A stretch of 43,646 nucleotides of DNA from Chthoniobacteraceae bacterium. GTDB taxonomy: Bacteria > Verrucomicrobiota > Verrucomicrobiia > Chthoniobacterales > Chthoniobacteraceae. Positions 19,001 through 26,395 of this stretch are shown here, in pieces (the stretch's first letter is position 1; the number at the start of each line of letters is the position of its first letter). The position numbers and the translations under genes are program-made. The stretch is taken from positions 1 to 43,646 of the forward strand of contig JANNXQ010000196.1 of NCBI GenBank assembly GCA_031409655.1, written 5' to 3'. The notes under the pieces are model-generated. The model did no database searches, was not told the DNA's origin, and saw nothing but the letters and a program-made list of their open reading frames with translations.

Positions 19001-21211
19001 CCCTCCGGCGCCGATCTGGAAGTCGTGGCCTTCGACACCTTTGTGCCGGTGACCGCGGCACCCGACGGGATCGCCGACCTGAGTTTCATCAACTACGCCA
19101 CCGCGAACCCGACGAAAAATCCTCTCGCGCGGCACGTCCTCGAAAGCTGGGGCTATGATCGTCTGTCATTTGGCTCGAATCTGACCTTCACGCCACTGGC
19201 CGAGCATTTCATCGACATCACGGCCGGGAATGGGGGCAATGGCGTCATCGGTCGTGGCGGTGCCGGTGGATTTCTCGGCGGCGGGCTCACCCAGTTAAAT
19301 CTCGTCAATGCCCAGGGGATTCCGAGCCCGACGCTGTTTGGCGCGTTTGATATCACGCTGCCCATCAATGTCGCCTTCGATGGCAAGGTGCGGTTGACGG
19401 GCGGAAACGGCGGCAATGGCTTCACCAGTGGCGGGGTGGGCGGCGGCGTGCTCGGGGCCAATGTGCATTTCGCGCCCGGGACAGGGGTCTTCCATACCGA
19501 CACGACGCTGCTGGGTGGCAATGGTGGCTTCGGCATCTCCGGGAGTGGCGGCGCGGGTGGGAGCCTCGTGGCGAATAGCCTTGAGGCTGGCGTGCTGCTT
19601 ACGGCGGGCGACGGTGGGCGGGGCAAGATCGGCGGCGACGGCGGGTCGATCATCGGCCATGGACTCCAGAATTTTCCGGATAATCGCGAACCCTTCCAGA
19701 TTTTGTTCGCGGGGAACGGCGCCAATGGGGTGACGAAGGGGGGCAATGGCGGAAACATCAGTAACTACCACGGCCAATTTAACCTCTCATTTTCGGGTAA
19801 TTCGGCCGGGGTGATCAATTACGTGGCCGGCGATGGCGGCACGGCCGTGTCGGGCCCCGGGGGCAATGGCGGCGACGTGAAGAATGCCAGCCCCTTCATC
19901 TTCGGCGATGGTACGAATCGCATGAGCGGCGACGTTTACTTGCGCGGTGGAGAGGGTGGAGACGGAATGTCGGGCGGACGCGGCGGCGACGTTACGGGCT
20001 TCGCCAATAAGGCTTCCGAGCAGGACTCTCCGGCCGTGCTGAGTTTCCTCGCCGGCTCCGGAGGCGATGCCACGAGGGGACGTGGCGGTCGTGGGGGAAA
20101 TATCTCCGAGATCAGTTCTTCATCGAAAGGCGCGCCGAGCTTCGGCACCGCACCTCTCGAGGACGGCGTCCCGGCGCCATTCTCGACGCGCGCGACCGTT
20201 TTCGGCTTCAATCGGGTCCTGGCGGGCGACGGCGGATCGAGTTCGGGCGGGATCGGCGGTGACGGGGGCGCCATCGCAAATATATTCAGCGGGAACTCGG
20301 GCACGGCTTTTGCCATCATTGCCGGGTCCGGGGCCGCGGGCCTGAGCGTCGGTGGCAACGGCGGATCCGTGACTAACGCCCGGGTGGACGTCGGGGGAGG
20401 GGCACTCGGCAAGGCCCTGGTGATCGCCGGTGCCGGGGGTGATGCGGGCGCTTTCGTTGCCAATCCGAATGACCCCGCTCCCAACCAGGCGGAAAAGGCT
20501 TTCGGAGGGAAGGTCGGCAAGGGTGGCGACGGCGGGAGCATCCGCAATTACACCCAACTCGGAGGCATTGGCGCCCGGGCCGATCTCATCGCTGGAAACG
20601 GCGGCGATACCGTTTTCTATGGCCGCATCGGCGATCAGGTGACTTCCGTCGGCAAGGGTGGATCGATCTCGAATATCTTCGTGGACGGAAATCTCGGAAA
20701 CGTTTCTCCGAATGTTCCGATCAAATCCTACAACGACCTCAGGGCCGGCCAGAGTATTGCTGATTTTGTTGCCGCCAATCTCCGCGATCGTTTTGCCGGG
20801 GGCGACATCGGCGACGATGTCGGCAACGTCGGGGTGATCGTGGGTGCAGCCGGACGGCTCAAGTCGGTCTTCGCCGGGTTCGATAGCCAGAACCAACCCA
20901 TCTATCAATCGTTCCCTGCCTTCAAGGGGATCAACGGGAGTCTGACCGAGGTGAGCGCCCGGAGCATCATGTCGGCCGTGGCCGGAAGCGTCGAACGGAT
21001 CGCGGCAATCGCTTTGGCGCGAAATGTCACCGTCAACGCGTCGGGTGAGATCGGCACGGACAAGACGGGACTCCCTGACTTTCTCGACAAGTTCGGGAAC
21101 GCCGTTTCCGAGCCGGTCACCGATGGGGCGCTGGTTGATGGCGCCATGGTGCTCGCCAAGGCCGCGGTCACCAGCAGCACCGCGGGGAATATATTTGTGA
21201 TCCCGTCTTGA
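16085..21211 (+). CDS. Giant surface/extracellular protein B (1708 aa): LEPR-XLL-like motif, Gly-rich scaffold, FG-GAP/VCBS-like propeller insert
   Basis: MIDHPLSRPG-IEPLEARIAPA; N-domain homologous to protein A; AGxGGxG units. FG-GAP-like VDFDQDGFTDVV, GDFNGDGHHDIAVG, GDFDGDGFTEIAVV, VDFNQDGNADFVAI. Confidence 0.85.
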   Translation: MIDHPLSRPGIEPLEARIAPAALLPTIRQAELAYDANPNGDRHFVKAQHGEPILLSAGQVLSTGLAARDGTYLLFVEKGEALVFLTDLNNNNEVDFNEITGIAAGEGLRFTSFVDIHGDIVTNYDADKTLSDSSISSIGEEFTKGDGLLLNNSRIEAITLRSLTINDLTDQNADGFVDATDVGLRLALSSYSIHGQVLAGRGFGVVGDVTSGLLVDVAGNADQLTKFNGQGLTYYIPSKPTIGAIRTGTAASGEYFSFGISRADNIQGNLSNFAVTKSAPGGDIYNIRSAAKGAFNVSGFYAGNGGIGARGGNIDTVTLSNDDASGYQIIAGNGGSGATGGQGGSILGFTDLGSSTGQVLLDVGDGGSGTTGSGGNGGTLGLGTITTTIPGVPSVTPLTNINVNAGFTIALGDGGSGFTSGGNGASLTKAVLSTPEGSVEFGRAVVSTTRDPLHNPVDGKIIRDPNFPGIIGRTLPVDFDQDGFTDVVFTTSSPEQLVVQFGDGLGGFRLNPLTNRPDRIYLDGPIGAEALAVGDFNGDGHHDIAVGSSEVGNYAGITVFLAKWEDANANGLTDAEDVNKNRKDDFQGFYTGRTSVLPSLSSGDAAGSPILDTSYRYTRSANAINDLVVGDFDGDGFTEIAVVATHITIGAGLTGRQNQVVMVLTADQELGADGKVRQTGQFYADVGTRGTSVPNVGANPFVPFVALGGSNDARIEATALTSAPSAFSSVGNVVTYDVIVGTTVLGTNSVNNSTNTQITGGMLIMDFSFKSPYGPTLSGVSFGSVDTNRELTKQAGTPAFVKDFTIVDFNQDGNADFVAITEAPAGFLLAAQGDGLGNAIVVTKNPFTSDNAGFFLGPQGYGIGTDQVSLRPTELLGYGTLFPIPGLPLPPGQPPNPPLDYVVDAFDTTDPGKMDDVAVLNYSIGRTSPGPGANYTINEFSIWDFTLASAGRLVVDNPGVDFSFDLAFGTVRPSGADLEVVAFDTFVPVTAAPDGIADLSFINYATANPTKNPLARHVLESWGYDRLSFGSNLTFTPLAEHFIDITAGNGGNGVIGRGGAGGFLGGGLTQLNLVNAQGIPSPTLFGAFDITLPINVAFDGKVRLTGGNGGNGFTSGGVGGGVLGANVHFAPGTGVFHTDTTLLGGNGGFGISGSGGAGGSLVANSLEAGVLLTAGDGGRGKIGGDGGSIIGHGLQNFPDNREPFQILFAGNGANGVTKGGNGGNISNYHGQFNLSFSGNSAGVINYVAGDGGTAVSGPGGNGGDVKNASPFIFGDGTNRMSGDVYLRGGEGGDGMSGGRGGDVTGFANKASEQDSPAVLSFLAGSGGDATRGRGGRGGNISEISSSSKGAPSFGTAPLEDGVPAPFSTRATVFGFNRVLAGDGGSSSGGIGGDGGAIANIFSGNSGTAFAIIAGSGAAGLSVGGNGGSVTNARVDVGGGALGKALVIAGAGGDAGAFVANPNDPAPNQAEKAFGGKVGKGGDGGSIRNYTQLGGIGARADLIAGNGGDTVFYGRIGDQVTSVGKGGSISNIFVDGNLGNVSPNVPIKSYNDLRAGQSIADFVAANLRDRFAGGDIGDDVGNVGVIVGAAGRLKSVFAGFDSQNQPIYQSFPAFKGINGSLTEVSARSIMSAVAGSVERIAAIALARNVTVNASGEIGTDKTGLPDFLDKFGNAVSEPVTDGALVDGAMVLAKAAVTSSTAGNIFVIPS

Positions 21212-21261
21212 TCCGAAGCGTGATCCGCGCTCCTCGTCTCTTCTTAACCCACCCTTACTCC

Positions 21262-24200
21262 ATGCGTCCACGTTCCCTCTCCCACGCAGTCTTCTCCGCG
21301 CTCGCGATCACGCTCTTTGCTGCGGCTGGCTTTGCTCCGCAGGCGGTCCGCGCGCAGGCTCGGTTGCAGTTCATCGATGCCGGGGGGCTTCGCGATTTCG
21401 TGCCGTCGGAGGATGAGGTCTATCTCCGGTGGTCGGCTGGGGCGCCTGCCGGGGTCCGGGGAGCGGTCGAAAGTCGGATCGCCGGTGCGACCGTCCTCGA
21501 TAGTGTCGGGCCGCATGCGGTGGTAAAGCTCAGTCAGCGGCTCGATGTGGCCCGGTTGCGTGCGGGCACCGATGAGTTTCGCGGAGCCTTTCCAGGGGTG
21601 GAAGTGCTGCCGGTGCTTTATGTCGCCGGCGAGACGCAGGGCAAGGCGAGTCGCCGGGTTCTGACGCGGCAACTGCTCGTGGGCATCGCGGCGGGGCAGA
21701 CGCCCGCCCAGGTGGGCGCGCTGGTGGGCGCGGTCGCGGCCCGGGAATCTGCGGAACCCGGGGTGGCGATCCTGGATCTGGCCAACGCCTTCCGAATGAT
21801 CGAGGCGCTCGCCGTGCTCCAGAAAGCCGGGATCCCGGCGAATCCTCTTCTCGGTCATTCGTGGGATACGTTCGCTTTGCCCAAGGATTTCTTTTTCAAT
21901 GCGCAGTGGCACCTCCTCAATACTGGCCAGGACGGCAGTCTCTTTGGCATCGACGCCAATGTCCTCGATGCCTGGCCGCTTACTCTCGGTGCGGGCGTGA
22001 CCATCAGTATCGTTGATTCGTGTCTTCAGACCGGGCATCCCGATTTGGTGCAGAACACGCCGTCGGTCAATTCGGGGCTGCATTTCGATTTTCTCGACGA
22101 AGACACCGATCCCAATCCCCACTTCGGTGACAACCATGGCACCTCCGTTGCCGGCGTGGCTGCCGCCAGGCAGAACAACGGGTCGATCGATCCGCAGACT
22201 GGTCTCATGCTCGGGGTCTCGGGCTCCGCTCCGGATGCGCGGCTCATCGGCTTGCGTTTGATCAATGAGAGTGGCTTCGTGCCAGTAACGGATCTCGAGG
22301 AGGCCACGGCCTTGTTTTGGAAGGTGGGCATCGATCAAGTGCCGATCATCGATATCTCGAATAATAGCTGGGGTCCCGGACCCTTCATCGGCCCGGATAT
22401 CCTGACCCGCACGGCGCTGCGCGACGCCACCCTCCTCGGGCGAAACCGGAAGGGGCAGATCACCCTCTTTGCCGCTGGCAATGGGCAACTGCGGGGCCGG
22501 GAGGCAAACCTGAACGGCTACTGCAATTCGCGTTACGTCATCGCCGTCGGCGCGATCGACAATTTGGGGAAGAAATCCTCCTACAGTGAGCTCGGCGCGA
22601 ATGTCCTTATTTCCGCGCCTTCCAGTGGCGGCACGCTCGGCATCGTGACCACGGATGATCAGGATGTGGCAGGGTACAATCCGCCGAGATCGGTCATTCA
22701 GGAACTGCCGAACACCGACTACACGAACCAGTTTGGCGGCACCTCCTCGGCGACGCCGCTCGTCGCTGGCGTTACCGGACTGCTGCTTGCGGCCAACCCC
22801 AGTCTTGGCTGGCGCGACGTCAAAGAAATCCTCGCCTCGACCGCCCGCCAGGTGGATGTCGCCGATCCGGGTTGGGACTTGAATCCAGCGCTCGCCGGGG
22901 TTCAGGACAACGCGGCGGGTTTCCACTTCAACCCCAAGTTTGGCGGCGGCATGGTGGACGCTTCCGCGGCCGTGATTCGGGGACTCGAATGGACCAACCT
23001 GGCCGAGGAAGTGCAGCAGGAGGTCAAGTTTCCGGCCCCGCAGCTCCCGCGTACCATTCCGGATTTTGTTTTTACGGCCAACCCCCCGACCAGCGCGCGG
23101 CTGGACTTCGCCTTCGCCGGACCGAATTTCCCGAATCTGCGGGTCGAAGTGCTCGAAGTCACGGTGGACATCACACACGCGCGCCGCAGCGATCTCGAGA
23201 TCTCGCTGGTCTCTCCGGGCGGCACCACGAGCATTCTGGTCGCCGGTGGCACCCCGCTCGGGGACAACAAGGATTTCAAGTATTCCGTTTTCGACGGCAA
23301 AGGAGGCGTGGTGAAGCAGGCGATCGGCTGGACCTTTACCTCGGTACAACATTGGGGCGAAAATAGCGCGGGAACCTGGCAGCTCTTTGTCAAGGACAAG
23401 GCCACGACTTTCACGGGGAAGGTGAACTCGGCCAGCGTCCGTCTCTATGGCACCCCGAGTACGGTGCAGCGGTTTAAATTTGAGGCGCCCCGTTATTCGG
23501 TCATCGAGCCCGACAACGCCCCCGGTGCGGCCCTCCGGGATTTGAAAGTGAAAGTCCTTCGGCTGGGTTCTTCAGTGGGCACCGCCGCCGTCTCATTTTC
23601 GACCAGCCCACGGGGCACCGCCACGGCCGCGGTTGAAGGCGTTGCAGATCCCGATTACCTCCCGATCGCTGGAACTCTGCTTTTCGGGAATGGGGAGACT
23701 TTTAAGGAGATCACCGTGTCCGTGCTCAATGACGATGATCCGGAGAGCACCGAACCGATCTATTTGCTCCTCAAAAATCCCGTGGGGGCGAGTTTCGGCG
23801 GCGTCAATCTCACGACGATCGAACTGATCGACAACGACGAAAATCGGGTGACCGTGATTGCCAGTGATTCCGCAGCGGCGGAACCCAGCCTGGGCCTTCC
23901 GGAAGATCTGGGAGTCTTCACCATTTCGCGGACCGTGCCCTCGGCGCAACCGCTCGTCGTGCGCTTCAGTATTGCGGGCACCGCGACCCCGGGCCTGAAC
24001 CCGGGCGATGATTACGTGCCGGTTGAATTGACCGCCACCATCCCGGCCAACGAAACTTCGACCACCGTCACCATCGAGGCGCGGGACGATGAAACGATCG
24101 AGGGTTCGGAAACGGTGATTCTGTCCCTCACGACCGACTCCAACTACCAACTTGGAGTGCCCGCCAGCGCACAGGTCCGGATCATCGATAATGATCGCCC

Positions 24201-26223
24201 GAGTGTCCAGACGACGGCCATCGAGAATGGAGTGCTCCGTGAAAATGATCAGGCGCGCATCGGCACGGTGCGCATCTCGCGCACCGACGACACGACCCTT
24301 CCGCTGGTTGTGAATCTGGCCTACGGGGGTAACCAGGTGAACGGCGGCCAATACGTGGACGCCGATGCCCCGGCCCTGCAGCCAAACAAGGCCCTTCCGG
24401 ATACTTTGGTCATTCCCTCCGGACAATCATTCGTCGATTTGCATATCAAGACGGTGAATGACGCGGTCTATCAAGCATCCAAAGCGATCGTCATCAGTCT
24501 CGATCAGAGTCTCGATTATAACTTCACTTTTGGCTTCCTCAGTTCGGCCAACGTCACGGTCATCGAAGACGACGCCTTGCCGGATACGCGGATTCCCTCG
24601 GTCAAGGTGAGTCTGCCAAAAGCAAACACGCGGTTCGTGGCACCCTCGACCGTCACGGTCAGTGGCACGGCGGCCGACAATACCAAGGTGCAGGCCGTGG
24701 AATACCGCGTGAACAGCGATACCTGGAAAATCGTCCCTGGTGTGACCGCCGGAGCCAGCGTGACCTGGTCGTTAAACTTGAATGTCCCGACGCATCCGAC
24801 CGCCCCGGAAGTTACCTATGGTGCAAACGTGGTCGAACTAAGGAGCGTTGACGAGGATGGCAATCGTTCGGTGACTGGAGTGGCGTCTTTCAAGTACGTC
24901 CTAGAGCGAGCCATTCAAGTGTCGGTGCTCGGTCAGGGCGGAGTGACCAATGGATTCCTCGGCACGACAACCCGCGAAGTCGGAACGGCGTATGAAATCA
25001 CGGCTCAACCCCTTGCCGGGCAGGTCTTCCTGCGCTGGACCGGTCTCGTCGGGGGATTCCCAAATCCGAGCGACCGGAAAATTCGCTTTAAGCCGGAAGA
25101 AATCATCGGGGCGGCCTTGCAGGCGGAGTTTATCCCGACGCCATTCGTTCCGGCAATTATCGGCAACTATTCTGGCTTGGCCCGGAGAGTGCCATTCACC
25201 TTCGACTCCTCTGCGTATCTGACCGTGAATGTGACGCCGACGGGAGTCTTCACTGGCAAACTCTCGATCAAAGGTGTGACCTACTCATTGAAAGGCGAAT
25301 TTAACGGCGCGGGTGTTTATGTCGGAAGTGTGCCGCGCAAAGGCGATCTTCCCATCACGCTCAATTTGAGCATCGACCTTGCGCCAGCCGGCACTCAGCG
25401 GATCACTGGCACCGTCGTTTTGCCGACCGGTACGCTCAACGCTCTATTGGATCGCGCTCCCTTCAGCAAGACGGTGCCGCCGCCGGCCAGTGTCTCCGGG
25501 AAGCAGTTCACCATGCTCCTGCCTGCGAACACCCAATCGACCAATGGAGACTTCGAGCCCGACGGCGATGGCTACGGCACCGTAAGTATCGATACGGCCG
25601 GTCAGGTAAAAGTGATCGGAACGCTGCCGGATGGGACGAAGTTCACTTCCACCCAGTCTTTAACCAAGAACCTCACCTGGCCGCTCTTTGTCGAGCTTTA
25701 CAGCCGGAAGGGGATCGTGATCGGGACCATCACTCATGATGCCTTGCAGCCGGCCTCGGATTTCCGTGGAAGTTACAGTTGGTTCAAGCCGGCAAAAAGC
25801 TCGGACAAGTACTTCCCACTCGGGTTCATCATCGAACAAAACGACCTTCTCGGGTCTGCCTACTCCTTCACCAGTGGACGGGCCCTTGCTGGGTTTGCCA
25901 ACACCCCGGACAATGCCGCCATCACGTTGGATTTTGGCAATCTGGCGAACATCATTCTAAAAGTTGCGACCTTCAATGAAAGTAACCTGATCACAGTCAA
26001 TGAAGCCGCAAGTGCTTCGAAAGGTGAAGGACTCACGATGAAGGTCAGTACCCGCGACGGCACCTTTACGGGCAGCTTTACCCATCCGCTCGGCGGAAAA
26101 AAGGTGTCGATTCAGGGGGTTCTTTTCCAGAAGCAACAAACGGCCATGGGCGGATTTTTGGGGATTTCCATCCCGGGAGTGCCGTTGCAAACGGGACGGG
26201 TGCTTCTGGAAAGCGCGCCGTAG
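21262..26223 (+). CDS. Secreted S8 subtilase of kexin/proprotein-convertase type with P domain, Calx-beta and Ig-like domains and a C-terminal beta-rich domain (1653 aa)
   Basis: Signal peptide from ATG 21262; QWHL.NTGQ. Catalytic Asp (IVDS), His (NHGTSVAG), oxyanion Asn (FAAGNG) and Ser (FGGTSSATP). LGWRDVKEIL, FNPKFGGGMVDA. P domain HARRSDLEISLVSP...WGENSAGTWQL. Calx-beta GTLLFGNGETFKEITVSVLNDD. Confidence 0.92.
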   Translation: MRPRSLSHAVFSALAITLFAAAGFAPQAVRAQARLQFIDAGGLRDFVPSEDEVYLRWSAGAPAGVRGAVESRIAGATVLDSVGPHAVVKLSQRLDVARLRAGTDEFRGAFPGVEVLPVLYVAGETQGKASRRVLTRQLLVGIAAGQTPAQVGALVGAVAARESAEPGVAILDLANAFRMIEALAVLQKAGIPANPLLGHSWDTFALPKDFFFNAQWHLLNTGQDGSLFGIDANVLDAWPLTLGAGVTISIVDSCLQTGHPDLVQNTPSVNSGLHFDFLDEDTDPNPHFGDNHGTSVAGVAAARQNNGSIDPQTGLMLGVSGSAPDARLIGLRLINESGFVPVTDLEEATALFWKVGIDQVPIIDISNNSWGPGPFIGPDILTRTALRDATLLGRNRKGQITLFAAGNGQLRGREANLNGYCNSRYVIAVGAIDNLGKKSSYSELGANVLISAPSSGGTLGIVTTDDQDVAGYNPPRSVIQELPNTDYTNQFGGTSSATPLVAGVTGLLLAANPSLGWRDVKEILASTARQVDVADPGWDLNPALAGVQDNAAGFHFNPKFGGGMVDASAAVIRGLEWTNLAEEVQQEVKFPAPQLPRTIPDFVFTANPPTSARLDFAFAGPNFPNLRVEVLEVTVDITHARRSDLEISLVSPGGTTSILVAGGTPLGDNKDFKYSVFDGKGGVVKQAIGWTFTSVQHWGENSAGTWQLFVKDKATTFTGKVNSASVRLYGTPSTVQRFKFEAPRYSVIEPDNAPGAALRDLKVKVLRLGSSVGTAAVSFSTSPRGTATAAVEGVADPDYLPIAGTLLFGNGETFKEITVSVLNDDDPESTEPIYLLLKNPVGASFGGVNLTTIELIDNDENRVTVIASDSAAAEPSLGLPEDLGVFTISRTVPSAQPLVVRFSIAGTATPGLNPGDDYVPVELTATIPANETSTTVTIEARDDETIEGSETVILSLTTDSNYQLGVPASAQVRIIDNDRPSVQTTAIENGVLRENDQARIGTVRISRTDDTTLPLVVNLAYGGNQVNGGQYVDADAPALQPNKALPDTLVIPSGQSFVDLHIKTVNDAVYQASKAIVISLDQSLDYNFTFGFLSSANVTVIEDDALPDTRIPSVKVSLPKANTRFVAPSTVTVSGTAADNTKVQAVEYRVNSDTWKIVPGVTAGASVTWSLNLNVPTHPTAPEVTYGANVVELRSVDEDGNRSVTGVASFKYVLERAIQVSVLGQGGVTNGFLGTTTREVGTAYEITAQPLAGQVFLRWTGLVGGFPNPSDRKIRFKPEEIIGAALQAEFIPTPFVPAIIGNYSGLARRVPFTFDSSAYLTVNVTPTGVFTGKLSIKGVTYSLKGEFNGAGVYVGSVPRKGDLPITLNLSIDLAPAGTQRITGTVVLPTGTLNALLDRAPFSKTVPPPASVSGKQFTMLLPANTQSTNGDFEPDGDGYGTVSIDTAGQVKVIGTLPDGTKFTSTQSLTKNLTWPLFVELYSRKGIVIGTITHDALQPASDFRGSYSWFKPAKSSDKYFPLGFIIEQNDLLGSAYSFTSGRALAGFANTPDNAAITLDFGNLANIILKVATFNESNLITVNEAASASKGEGLTMKVSTRDGTFTGSFTHPLGGKKVSIQGVLFQKQQTAMGGFLGISIPGVPLQTGRVLLESAP

Positions 26224-26248
26224 AGTGAGGTTGTCGAGACTCTGAACC

Positions 26249-26287
26249 CGGCGCGGCCTAGGAGACCCCGTAGGGTCGCGCCGTTTT
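26249..26287 (+). terminator. Possible intrinsic terminator after the protease gene
   Basis: CGGCGCGGCCT...GGGTCGCGCCG stem (with G-U pairs, large loop) followed by only four T. Confidence 0.3.
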
Positions 26288-26341
26288 CGTCTCTCCAGAG
26301 CCGTTGCGGTGTCGTGTCGCCGTTCACGGGCGGTCCCGACC

Positions 26342-26369
26342 TTGACTTCGCACCCTCGTTCCCTAACCT
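26342..26369 (+). promoter_or_regulatory. Putative sigma70 promoter for tkt-cys genes
   Basis: TTGACT-16nt-TAACCT, ending 26 nt before the tkt ATG. Confidence 0.4.
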
Positions 26370-26395
26370 CGCACCCCGCTCGTTTCTCACTGCCT

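Noticed and set aside
7440..26223. Prophage or contractile injection system interpretation of the giant genes
   Set aside because: No capsid, terminase, baseplate, tube or integrase genes in the window.
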